NCBI GenBank assembly: GCA_951406725.2 | Contig: OX597816.1 | Location: forward strand, 90,334,001-90,398,000 | Reading direction: 5' to 3' | Length of the DNA: 64,000 nucleotides | DNA from: Octopus vulgaris | Lineage: Eukaryota | Shown here: positions 24,661 through 37,448 of the stretch, one piece after another | Numbering within the stretch: the stretch's first letter is position 1 | Layout: each line of letters begins with the position of its first letter | Notes under the pieces: model-generated | What the model was told of the DNA's origin: nothing | What the model saw: the letters and a program-made list of their open reading frames with translations, nothing else | The model's database searches: none | Made by a program: the position numbers and the translations under genes

Positions 24661-26617
24661 TGTTATGTAATCATCACAACAAACATGAACAATCAACGTT
24701 GCCCATTGTCCCCCTTGATACAAGGACATTCAGTAAGTTTCCCGCCACAACAAATACCTTGTACAACAACGGCAGTCTAATAAAGTATCTCGTATCGTTA
24801 ACACGTTTTTTCAGTCTCTCTCATTTTCTTAATCTTTCATACTAAGTACTCACTACTTCCTTTAATACTCAATACATTATATATATATATAACAACAACA
24901 TGTTGTCAGAATACTAAAAGAACCCAAAATACAGAAACCAAAAGAAAAAAACCAAAAGAAAAAAGAAGTTGAAATCATACTTCAAAGACGAAATGGAAAA
25001 TTTACCGCATCCAAAAGACCTAGACTTTAATCAGGAAAATCTAGCCGCAGCATGGAAAAAATGGAAAAAAGAATTCAATCTTTTTTTGATAGCAACAGAA
25101 AGTGACATGAAGCCAGACAAAGTAAAAACTTCAATGTTTTTAACTTGCATCGGTTCCAAAGGCCGAGACATCCATTCCACTCTGGATTTCGATTCACCCG
25201 ACGAAGAAATTAACCTTCAAACAGTAATCGAAAAATTCGATGCATATTGTGAACCCAGGAAAAACATAACTTTCCTGAGACACAAATTCTTCACATGTGG
25301 ACAAGCGGAACATCAAAAATTCGATGAGTACGTGGTAGAGTTACGCCAAAAGGCACAACAGTGCGAATTCGGCAACCTCACAGGCAGTCTCACCAAAGAT
25401 ATTCTGATATGTGGAATCAAAGACATGATTAACACATGCTCATACTGCATCGACTACAAAAACCAACAATCAGCCGAACCACTAATAAACCATGAAATAC
25501 CTACTACACCATGGACCAAAGTGGGTACAGACGTATTTCACCTGTCTGGAAATTCGTATGTCACAATTATTGACTATACAACAAGATTTTTTGATCTACA
25601 CGAAATAAATGATTGCCAGTCAAAAACCGTAATCAAAAAATTAAAAGAAACTTTTGCTAAATTCGGAATTCCGCAAACAGTTGTAAGTGACAACGGTCCA
25701 GAATTCAATTCGGCTGAATTCAAAAAATTTGCAAAAAATTGGCATTTTCATCACACGAAAACAAGCCCGCATTATCATCAAGCGAATGGCATGGTTGAGA
25801 GAAATATACAGACAATAAAAAAAGACGCTAAAAAAGGCATTCAAAAGTGGCGAAGAACCTCAGTTAGCGCTCTTAGCATTACGCACGACTAAATTACAAA
25901 ATGGTGCACCATCCCCTGCAAATCAAATAATGAATAGAACATTGCGAACAAATCTCCCAAACATACTACACGACAAAATTGGTATCAGGCCTCACGAAAA
26001 GAAGAAATCAAACATTACAACAGAGCTCCCAGAGTTAAAACCACACGACACGGTTAGAATTAAGTTTAACAACAATTGGTTTAGAAGGGGCAAAATAATA
26101 AAAAAAACTCGTTCATACTTAGTAATAACAGAGGAAGGTAATACAGTCAAACGAAATAGACAACATATTCTTAAAACAAACGAACACGTTCGCATAACAG
26201 AAGAATTAGATTATGAAAATATATTTCCAAAGTCAACAAACACGCATGAAAAAACAAAAACAGCGCAACTACAGAATTCAACACTATAAAATAATAAAAC
26301 CACAAAAAGTGGACGACGAATAATTATTCCCTGTAGATACAGATGATGATAATAAAAAAAAAAAAAAAAAAAAGGAAGATGTTATGTAATCATCACAACA
26401 AACATGAACAATCAACGTTGCCCATTGTCTCCCTTGATACAAGGACATTCAGTAAGTTTCCCGCCACAACAAATAACTTGTACAACAACGGCAGTCTAAT
26501 AAAGTATCTCGTATCGTTAACACGTTTTTTCAGTCTCTCTCATTTTCTTAATCTTTCATACTAAGTACTCACTACTTCCTTTAATACTCAATACATTATA
26601 TTTATATAACAACAACA
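24661..26617 (+). mobile_element. Young, internally deleted Ty3/Gypsy LTR retrotransposon (LTRs 24661-24900 and 26380-26617)
   Basis: TGTT...AACA LTRs differ by about 3 substitutions and one 2-bp indel; PBS-like TGTTGTCAGAA; polypurine tract A(n)GGAAGA; TSD CCTCC/CATCC (1 mismatch). Confidence 0.93.
24993..26289 (+). CDS. Gag-integrase fusion ORF of the LTR element (one frameshift in the A7 run at 25817-25823)
   Basis: Gag (WKKWKKEF...RHKFF...Q...KFDEYV.ELR.KA..CEFG) joined in frame to CxxC and the rve core (GTD, SDNGPEF, ANGMVER); the integrase C-terminus continues in ORF 25930..26289. Confidence 0.8.
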
Positions 26618-28886
26618 CATCCAACGCCGCCGTGAGTGCTATATCATCTGTATGATGTGGAAAATATTCCATCAACATAGCCCAAATGATATAGTTATCA
26701 TCTTTAAAATTTATCCGAGGCTTGGCCCCACTGCCATCCGTCCACTACAAAAATCATGTTCGTGTCGTATCATAACACTACGACAGAACTATTTCACCTC
26801 AACTGGCCCTGCTCTCTTCAACATCGTGTCAGCCCACATAAAGAAGAAAGTGATTTCACGGCATTCAAATGATCCCTAGATGATTACTTCCAACAAATAC
26901 CAGACAAACCATCCACACCTGGATATTCTCTGAAAGCGATAACTCTCTGCTCGAATGGGCTATGATGCCCAAGAGCTGACTGTGTATCTCTTCCAGGTGG
27001 TGCTATTAAATTAGATATGGCCTGGTCCAACTTCGGCTAAAACTTATCTAAGTAATCTGTATGAAAGTATTAAAAAAGCACTGTTCGTTTAGGCACGATA
27101 AAAAGGTTAGAAGCTTGTTAGGTGCGCAGATTATAAAGTACACAGGGGGCCAACACAAAAGAGACAACAAAACTCGTGGGGACACACAATATGAAAAAAT
27201 AAAATTGAAAATTAAAATAAAACGTGTGATAATATGAATGGTAATATGAAAATGATAATGAAAATGTGCTGCATACGTCAAGAAGCATCACTTACTTCCA
27301 TTTTATCTTTTAAATCTTGAGTCTGTAGCGTAGCCCGGTGATATCCTCACTGTTTGAGAGATATATTAGAAATGATCTCGTGTTAGATAGCAACCATCTT
27401 CGGCTATTTAGCCCCTGTTGTGTCCACTGCTCTGAATGGCTGGCATTCAAAACTTCTTAACGACGGACAGCAACGTACTGGCAGTTTAACGGCTAGCGCA
27501 AAATTTTGAACTTCATGTAAAAGAAAATTCCTAAATACCAAGTCTTGCAGTGATTCTTTCTCACGGCAGTAGACTCACCATGGCAGGCATTGAAAACTTC
27601 GTCATGACGGACGGCAGCACATTGACGATTTAAAGGCTTGCGCAAATTTTTTAGCTTGATATAACAGAGAATTCCTAAACACCCCCTCCTGTAAATTTTA
27701 ATCCCTTTCCAGTCCCATTTAGATCCCCTTTTCACATAAAAATCCAATTTGTATCAACGTAATAATTCACAGTTCTAAAAGACCTGTGGCGGGAATATTT
27801 AAACTTTGGCGGTTGTCAACGCTTTCTCTCTGTGGATACAAATAGACGTACAGTGAGAGAGGTGGTGGTAGAAAGAGTGACAGAGAGACGGCGAAGCTGT
27901 CAAACGTCGTTATAGAGAGAAATTGGAGGGAAGAAAGGAATGAGAGAGATCGAGGAAGACAGGGTGATATGCGAAAGAGAGAAACGAGAAACACTTGTCA
28001 AAGTCTGGGTTTTGTTGCCGTAGTAACCACAGCTTTTGAGATAGGGATTTCTAACCCAGTCCAGTCGCTTCCTCGCCTCTTTTTACATGTCCCTGTAAAT
28101 TTTGGCGCGAATCCGACCCCATCTACTGGCCCTTAACCCGTTCCAATCACAAAATGAGACAAACAAACTTTTCAAATTTCAGCTTTATAGATATTGATCA
28201 ATCATAAATATCAGGCAGTAACAACGGAAAGCATACTTGCCTTTTGTACGTGCCACTATTTGAGCGATTAAAAATGAGGAAAAATGTATTTCTTTGTTAA
28301 ATTTAATACATATTTTGGGAATTTTTCGACGATTGACCATGCAAATGAAAGCTCTATACAAAGGCTACATGTAGCTGTAAATTTCTTTCAGAAAAAATTA
28401 AAACTGTAAACAATAAACAATAAAAGGGAAAAATACGTAAAAATGAGAAATTTTTTTCAACTTCAGAAATCTTGCCTTAATTTTCAAAATTTCGAACCCA
28501 TTTTCCGCGCTTAAATTACAAATCCGCTTCCACTTTACCATGTTGAAAATTTGATTGAAATCGGGCAAAAGGTGTCCAATGTAGACCCCCAAGTGTCTCC
28601 AAAAATCAATAAAATCCCAGTTTTCACAGCAAAGCAATCACTATAGCGCCCTAAAACGTCTCCCAATCAATTTCTCGCCTCAAGTTACCCCCTCCTGTAA
28701 ATTCTAATCCCCGTCCAACCCCATTTAGACCCTTTTTACATAAAAATCCAATTTGTATCGCCTTCTTCATTTTATAGATTATATTAGATGCCAATCGCGC
28801 CAATCTGGAGGGGCTTAGAGCCCCCTTGAATTGATAAAAAAATCACTATATATATATATGTCTACACATTATATATATATTTATAT

Positions 28887-28949
<63 letters not shown>

Positions 28950-28952
<3 letters not shown>

Positions 28953-30183
28953 GCTGAAGGTGACCCGCTCTACGCGCTGTTACTTTCTGTTGCTCTACGC
29001 GTTGTTACTTTCTGTTGCTTCCTTTCAACACGTAAAAAGCACCATCCGAACGTGGCCGATTGCAGCGCCGCCTTGACTTGCTTCTGTGCCGGTGGAACGT
29101 AAAAAGCACCAACCGATCGTGCCGCAGCGAGCCCCCCCCTGGCACCTGTGCCGGCGGCACGAAAAAAGCACCCACTACACTCACAGAGTGGTTGGCGTTA
29201 GGAAGGTCATCCACCTGTAGAAACACTGCCAGATCAGACTGGAGCCTGGAGCAGCCTCCTGGCATTCCAGACCCCGGTCACACTGTCCAACCCGTGCTAG
29301 CACGGAAAACGGACGTTAAACGATGATGATGATGATGATGATTCTCCGTCTTTGTTTCTCTCTCCTTTCTCTCTCACTTTCCCACTCTCTTACTTTTCTT
29401 TTCTCTCGGACTCTCCCTCGCTTTCTCTTACTCTCTATCTTTATTTATCTCTCTCCCATTTATAAACAACAGAAGATCTTGAGTAAGTTGAGAAATAAAA
29501 TATTTAGAAAGATCAATCATAAATATCAGGCAGTGGCAACGGAAAGGTCTGCTTCAAGGCAGACAGCAAAACGCTAACATTTAAAAGGGACAGACGAACT
29601 TGCGAGCTGAATAAAAATAATAAAATATTGGAAACCAAAGTTTGAAGGGATAGAATGTGAGGATAGTAGAGTCACCATGGCTGGTATTTCTTAACGACGG
29701 ATAGCAACGTATTGACAGTTTAACGGCTGGCGTAAAATTTTGAACTTGATGTAAAAGAAAATTCGTAAACACCAATTTTTGAAGTGATTCTTTCTCACGA
29801 CAGTAGACTCACCATGGCAAGCATCCAAAACTTCTTTATCATGGACGGCAACACATTGACGATTAAAAGGCTGTGCAAATTTTTTAGCTTGACGGCTCCT
29901 TGAAATTTTAATCCCCTTCCAGCCCCATTTAGACCCCTTTTCATATTTTGGTTAATATAACCCGATTTCATTCGGGTCTACTGGGGCCACATTTTATAAG
30001 ATGAGGAATTTTGTCCTAGAGGTGACGCCTTTCATTTGAGGAAAAAAATAGTTGTCATGCAAACTTGCCAGCACTTTTAACATAGGTGTGCATATTTTCA
30101 GCTGAATCGACCGACTACGTAATGCACACATTATATATACATATATATATATAATGCGTGCACACACACACACACACATATAT

Positions 30184-30264
<81 letters not shown>

Positions 30265-31071
30265 GTGTGTGTGTGTGTGTGCACGCATTATATATACAAA
30301 TGTATACAAATGAGATATATATCTGTATAAATTAAATTAGAGATAAAACTACTAATAGGCAAATCAAACAGTGAAAAACCAAAAACAAAAACATAAAAAA
30401 AATATAATATATAAAATATATAAAATATAAAATTGAAAAATTTAAATTATTTAAATTGAAAATAAAAATTATTAAATTATATTTATAATTTGTTTAAAAA
30501 TATATATAACTATGAAAAAGTATGAAAAAGTTTAATATACATAAATACAGATATATACACTTTGTATATATACATTATATATACATATTTATATATAGAA
30601 CACACACACACATATAAATGAACGCAAGAATATCTGATTCATAATATTTGTTCTAATGTTCGTGTGTTGTTGGTGACAGACAGATACTTAAAAGAACGCC
30701 GATGTGATGGGAAGGTACGAGACAGAGTGAGTGAAAAAGAGAGGATATTTCCTCTCTTTTTCACTCACTCTGTTTCCTACCTTCCCATCTTCCGAGAGTG
30801 AGTTTATGAAGACAGATACTTTAAATAACGGTAGTGTACTTGTCAAAGTTGTAAATGAAGAGGAGTGAGAGGGTAATTGAGGAAATAGCGTGAGTGAGGA
30901 AGATGGCCCCTAGCAACCACAACTTTTAAGCTAGGGATTTCTAAGGTAGCCCACGAGCATCGTCACCTCATTCTACATGTCCCTGTAAATTTTGGAGCGA
31001 ATCGGACGGGATGTAGTGGCATTGAAAGCGATCCAAGCGGTAAAAACGCATTTCAGTCTTATATAGAGAGA
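28950..31071 (-). mobile_element. Non-autonomous Helitron-like element (with nested SINE and TA tracts), part of a cluster spanning ~27300-31300
   Basis: Minus strand 5' end A|TCTCTCTATATAA (31071) and 3' end ...CGCGTAGAGCGGGTCACCTTCAGCTAG|T (28950); internal blocks recur at 27490-28191 and 31130-31290. Confidence 0.6.
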
Positions 31072-33319
31072 TTAACACAATATATCTGATTAATAATATC
31101 TGTTATGATTGTGCTGTTGTGGTGGGCGATAATAATTCACCGTTCTAAAAGACCTGTGGCGGGAATATTTAAACTTTTGCGGCTGTCAACGTTTTTCCTC
31201 TATAGATACAGACAGATGTACAGTGAGAGAGGTGGTGGAAGAAAGTGACAGAGAGCCGAAGCTGTCAAACGTCGTTATAGAGAGAAATTGGAGGGTTAGT
31301 GTTAGGGTTATAGCCTTGCAAGCTCTATTGCACTCATGCACATGCAACTCTATTATGCATCTACTGCCTTGTTGCAACACGTCTGTGTCAGCTCAATTCT
31401 TCTCCCGACTTGAAGCAAGTCGGATGATCACATGCTCTGTGCTCATGTTTAGACATAATTTCCCCCTGTTAGACCCCTGTTTGGTCACGTAATTAACAGA
31501 GAAAATTATGTCTCAGCAATTACTCAGCAATTACTCACGACAACAGCACCAGACGCATTTCACTGCTGAAAAACATTCCAAGGCCTTTACCATGCATTTC
31601 TTTCTCTCCTTCGATCGTTCGTTTCTTTTCCAGGAACCTCACTGGCGAGGGGAGTGATGTAGTGGATCTTGCATGCATGAATTGGATTCGATCCACTATA
31701 GCCATGTTTAAATTAACACTGCAACAGAACTTTTCCTACGGTGGAACAATGGTTTTTCTCTGACAGCAGTTTTCCATTTTCCAGATGCTTTTAGCTAGGC
31801 CGAAATAATGTCTTCGCCACTTGACCCTTTCTAACCTCTTCTACTTCCCCAAAAGCTAGAATAGAGATAACAAGATCACCAATTAAATCTATTGTTCTCA
31901 ATGATATATCTATTCTTCTAGATAGTTATAAAAGCAAGCATACCCCAAGCAAAAATCAGTTAGTCACAGTCAGTGACGACTCAACGAAGTCTGGCTGACC
32001 AGCTAGAGCATTGGTCAGAGGGAGAAATGAAGTTTACTGTCAGCAACTGTGAGACAACGTCCCACACCCTACAACTCTCACTAGCTTTAATTCTGTTCTA
32101 TCACAACATCATTCTATCTCTCTCTGTATTTACTACTAAACAATGAAGAGGACACAAACACAAACTTTACTTCGCATGCTTTTGGATTTATTATAACCTG
32201 TCCGTTGAGGCAAGGTATTGTAACGTAAAAGTGAATGAATATTTTCTTAAAACTTTATGCATTGTTCGTCTTTCACATCCTACAGTGTGCGATTATAACA
32301 ACAAATCTTTATCGTTTACCAATCAAATCTTACCCGTTACAATTGGTAACTACACTACAACAAAATCTTTAATCGTTACACTTATGAGATACAGGAATTC
32401 TTTTCCTTGCGACAAATTCTTTGTTGACCAGTGTTATTCTTTTCGTAGTTTACAAATCCAAGCATGAAAACGTTACTCAACTTTGGAGTTTTGGAGACAG
32501 ACGCCCCCTTTTCACACACATACACATGCACATACACATGCACTTATATATCAATGATGTACACAAATACATGACATATGCATAATACTGAAATACGCAT
32601 GATGTAAGCACGTGCAGACAAATATATTAAAATAACAAATTAAAAAGAATAATAAAAAATAAATCAATGAAGAGATAAAAGGAACAGTAAGATGATACAT
32701 GTTGATTTTATTAGGTATTTCTGTTTATTTAGAAACCTGCAATGAACAGGTCAGACGCTAAACTATAAATTTCACAGGGTATATCATTAAAGTTGACACC
32801 GCTCCACTAAACGCAGAAAAGTTCTGTCTCACTATTTTTTTTTTTCGATTTTTAAACCTGTGTACCACTTTTCTCCAATATTTCTCTCCACAACATTATA
32901 CCTTCAAAACAATGAGACTGGAAGGCTACATTATTTTTGCTGATTTTCAGGTTTTTCATTTCCTTTGTTTAGTTTGACCTAATTTACGTACGAAGATAAT
33001 GTGAAGGTGTGTAGCTTAGTTGTTAGGGTATTCAGTTGGCTATCATTAGGTCATGAGTTCAATTCTCCTTTTTTTTTTTTTGCATTTCAGTGCTTTTGAT
33101 CTTGAACTGAACTATTCAACAGTTTATCTTCTTTATCTTGTTTTGTTCTATTCTCTCTGCCATTTTGGAGGATGTCGCATGTGTGTGACTCTTGAAACTT
33201 TTTTGATAGCACTCTGTAAAGTTTTGCTACCTTTCTTCTCTTTTCCTATCTCCCTCTTTTTTCTTTTTTTCTTCTTTTTTCTCCCTCCCCTCCCTATTCT
33301 TGTATATTTGTTGCTCTTT

Positions 33320-36300
33320 ATTTCCCAATCACCGACGATTGCCGATTGGTGGGGTTGCCACCACTTTAACCTATCCATTCTTGGTGGCGGAGGCACGCGT
33401 CGAACGACCAAGAGACCTGCTTAGTGGAGCGACTATGTGACAATAGATCAACCTGTGGCCTCTCATTCTCCATCAACTTTGGTACGCTCGACAGACGCCA
33501 ACCTCTCTCCACCACGGGTTCCGAATGGAATTAACCCTACCAGCCCCACCACTCGTACAACTTTCAACCCTCCCTTCATCCGACCTTCGTTCTATCCCCA
33601 CTGATGGAAATAGAATTACCCTTGCCAACTCCACCACTCCCACAACTTTTAACCCTCTCCTGCACCACCCGACCTCCATTATAGCCCCACCTTCAGAACC
33701 AATGCTGCTTACCCTGCCTCCTCTGCTAACTCACTCCCTTGACTGAGTTCCAATGCTAGCCCTCTACTGTCGGTCGATGCTAGCTCACCACCTGACTGTG
33801 CTCTCTGTGCTCACACTAGCCGTTATTTAAAGACAAATAATTGTCATCTGTGCCATGAAAATTACCACAGGAGTTGTATCCGCATCACCAAAGCTCAAGC
33901 CGAAAGTCTTCCATCCTGGAACTGCAGTCAGTGTCACTTCAGCTTCGATGCGCTCCGAGGAGACGCCTCACACTCTGACAACCAGCTCTCTACTGAGGAC
34001 TTCGCTGCAGCCCTCCAGGGCCTATCTAAATCGAAGCTCATTAACCAGATCCCTAAGGGAGCTCGGAATGGCTTTGCTCACGCGCTGTCCAGCTTGTTGA
34101 AAAACATATGTTTGTCCAACGATGCGTCCGACTAGCAGAAACTGTTTCTGTTCCACCGCATCTCTCACCATGTGCACGAGGTGAAATCGGGCTCCCTTAC
34201 ATCCTCCCTTAAGCAACAGTTCCAGTTAGTTGAGTCCACCCCGACCTCTTCTCACTTCAATTTGACATCAAGCACGGTGCCTACCGACAGGCAACCGATA
34301 AACCTTAAGTGTGCAGTCAATGTCAAATTCAGCGAATTTGACATAAAAGGGGCTGTCCGTCTCCTCTCTTCTCTATCTTCCCTCGCTCCGTGTGACTCTG
34401 AGTCTCGTAGACGTCCGAAAGAGAAGAACTCCCTAATAATCAACTAAACTGGACCGATCCCCCAGAATACTTGAGACTGGTCTTCACCTCTGATGACATC
34501 AGAAAGGCGATTTCATCCTTCCCTGTTGGTTCAGGTGCGGAAATTGATGGCCTTCGGCCTCAACACCTCAAGAATGGTATCTCCTTATCGGCCGGTGACG
34601 TCAGACTTGAGCTCTTGGAGAATTTGACTCAGTTTGTAAACTAGTTCTCTTCAGCGAACGTCCTCCCTTATATCTGCCCACTATTCTTCGGTGCAAAATT
34701 ATTCGGGCTCACCAAAACCAATAGAGACCTGTGCGCCATTGCAGTCGGCTGCACTTTTCGCCATCTCACTTACAATCAGTCTCTAGCTTATTGGAGGGAT
34801 TTTCCCCCTCCCAGCTAGGCGTGGGCACCAAATTAGGATTTAAAGCTGCTGCCCACGCTACCAGAGCCTATGCCAACTTGCCCTCCTTGTCACCCAAGGT
34901 CATCCTCAAACTTGACCTTAAGAATGTCTTCAACTCCATCAGTCGCGATGCTGTCCTCAGCTCAATAAGAGAGATGGTCCCACAACTCTACCACCTTGCA
35001 TGGCAGGATTATCGAGAGCCCTCCTATTTCTCGGTGACTAAATCCTCATCTCTGCCTCAGGAGTCCAACAGGGCTACCCACACGGGGCCGCTCTGTTTGC
35101 ACGGGGCATTGATGACATCACCAAGATGGGCGTCGAGTTAGACCTCAACGTCTGGTATCTCGACGATGCTTGTTTGGGGAGACCTCCAGGCAGAGTTCTC
35201 GCCGTTACAAACATAATGGTTGGGGAGCTTGGTCACCGGGGTCTGCAAGTAAACAGCTCCAAATGTGAGCTCTGAATCCCCAACCACCTGGCTTCTCAAC
35301 ATCAACCAACTATTTACCTTTTTGCAGAATCCTTCCCTTTCATTGCAGTCCCTCCTCCATCAGCTTGGTGCTCTCTAGGTCCCTCAATCACTGACCTTGC
35401 CTTTGAGTCCATCTTCCAGTCGAAGGTGGCTGCCCTTCAGCAATTACTGAAAGATATTGAAGCAATCGAACTCCATCAAGGTTTTTTCATACTTAGGAAT
35501 TACCTCTCGATCCCTAAGTTTCTATATTTACTCAGAGTCAGCTCATCTTACCGATTCCCATCATGCCTCCAACGCTTCGACAACCTAATCTTTGAGAGGC
35601 TCGAATGCTTAGTCAATATCAGACTCTCTCCAACGTCCTGCGATCAGGCTGCATTGCCCAAGCAATTTGGAGATCTTGGTCTTCGTAAGTGCCCGTCCCT
35701 CTCTCTCTCCTGCTTCTCTTCCTTCACCCACGCCTGCTCCACCCTGATGAGCAACATCCTCTCCTCTCCAACATGGACCAGTTCCAACAGGGAGTTAGAT
35801 GAAGCTCTCCAACACTGATGGGAATTGGGTTTGTCTGTTCCTAAGAAGGTGGAAGACTATCGGAGTCAGAGAGCTTGGGACAACATAATTTCGAAGGCCA
35901 CCTTCGACTCCCTCTTCATCCAATCGGCCCAGTTTTCAAGATGCCGCTTACTGTCTGCTAGCGCCAAATACTCAGGTGACTGGATTGATGCTATCCCTGT
36001 GGCTAATGTTGGTGGCCTACTCAGCCTGGAAGAACTTCGTGTCTCTATTGCCCTTAGAGTGGGAGCTGACGTATGCACGGGTTTGGTCTGTCGTTGTGAC
36101 AGGATTCTCGACTCCACAGGCCTCCATAGCCTTTCTTGTTACTTGAATGCTGGTCGCTTCGCGCGTCATACAGAGTTAAACCCGATACTCAAGAGGAGTT
36201 TGGCCCAGGCAAACATCCCCTCCATCTTGGAACCTTCTGGATTGTCCAGATACGATGGGAAGAAACCTGATGGCTTCACCATGTGCCCCTGGTCGCAAGG

Positions 36301-36765
36301 CAGATGTCTTGCCTGGGATGACAGTTAGCGGCTTCTTTGCTTCTTCTCACATCCTGGATGCTGTGGTCAGGGCGATCCACAACTTCAGCGGCCGAGTGGA
36401 ACAAAATCCTGAAGTACTGCGATCTGTCGGCCAACTACATTTTTCATCCTGGTGGGTTCGAGACATCTAGGTGGGGTTGGACCACTAACTGCGAGATTCC
36501 AGTCTTCACCGGCAACTTGCCTTGCAGAGGTAACTGGTGAGGCTTGTGTAGGCGCTTGGCCGTTCCAGTGCATCAGCCTTGCCATCACCTGTGGCAACAC
36601 TGCAAGCATGCTGGCATGTCTCAATAGCCATTAGAAAGGTTTCGCAGTGCCCCCAAGTTTTCAACCCAAGGTGGTGAATTGTTTTGTTTTCTTTCTTTTC
36701 TTCTTTTTTTCTTTTAATTTTTCCAATTGTGTTCTCTGTTTTGTCCACATGTAAATAAATTTAAA
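33320..36765 (+). mobile_element. CRE-clade (RLE) non-LTR retrotransposon, disrupted, with N-terminal PHD finger
   Basis: IPKGAR; G.DGLRPQHL; QLGVG; KLDLKNVFNSISR; GVQQG; WYLDD; CCHC knuckle CRC...GLHSLSC; RH..LN; PDG...W..GR.LAWD restriction-like endonuclease; several stops and frameshifts; ends approximate. Confidence 0.88.
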
Positions 36766-37105
36766 TTCATGTTTTCACAATCACATACACAAAAGTCGAT
36801 ATGGACATTTGCCACTCGAATGTTGAAGTGCACGGCAATGTCTAAAAGGGACCATTCTACGGGATATATTTCTGATGAGTTAAAGACCAACTTTGATTTT
36901 TGATATCTTTTTCATCCATGAATTTCAGTTTTTGCTTTTTAAACAACAATAATAATAGCAACAGCAGCAGCTGGAATTTCGGGAAATTACGGTCTGTATG
37001 TATGTGTTGTTATTTTAGCAAGAAATCTGCACTCATCCAACAGATTTGTGATTAAAAACCGTGACTAAACCGTCTATCTGGAGGAGATAATACATACCAG
37101 ACAAT

Positions 37106-37133
37106 GCTTCTCGGCCTTATAGGCTAAGATCAA
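37106..37133 (+). pseudogene. 5' fragment of U2 snRNA (truncated pseudogene)
   Basis: GCTTCTCGGCCTTATAGGCTAAGATCAA matches U2 nt ~4-31; similarity stops before GTGTAGTA. Confidence 0.7.
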
Positions 37134-37321
37134 TATCAAATTCTAATATTATCCAACACACCCCTCTCCACTTTTAAAGGAAAATTTGAATGCTAATTCT
37201 AGTTTTCTCTCAGCTTATAGATTTCTGTTTGCGAAAGTAGCAGCGAGTTACCTACCTTCGTTTTATCAATTTGTATTGTACATAATTCCGATGTGAATGA
37301 ACAACGATTCACAAAAAAGAA

Positions 37322-37448
37322 ATGGCCAAATATTTAAATATTCACCCGAACCTAATTAAGGAAAGGAAAGGTGCCACATTCGATCCATATACATTAACTT
37401 GTTTACTGTGGGGCGGTGACGAGGTTGTAAAGCATAAAAGAAATCTAG
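37322..37448 (+). CDS. ACOX1: ACOX1-like exon 1 (MAKYLNIHPNLIKERKGATFDPYTLTCLLWGGDEVVKHKRNL)
   Basis: Matches the ACOX N-terminus (NPDL..ER..ASF); donor GTAATT; phase 1. Confidence 0.88.

Larger units (their letters stand above)
24420..27040 (+). mobile_element. CR1/L2-like LINE 3' fragment interrupted by the LTR element
   Basis: RTFRSRD...FARHHLEY...LDYWDQLKKLKLYSL | QRRRECYIICMMWKIF reads through once 24661-26622 is removed. Confidence 0.75.

Noticed and set aside
23717-37321. Shared bidirectional promoter for AK2 and ACOX1
   Set aside because: Start codons are 13.6 kb apart and separated by TEs; cannot be supported without TSS data.
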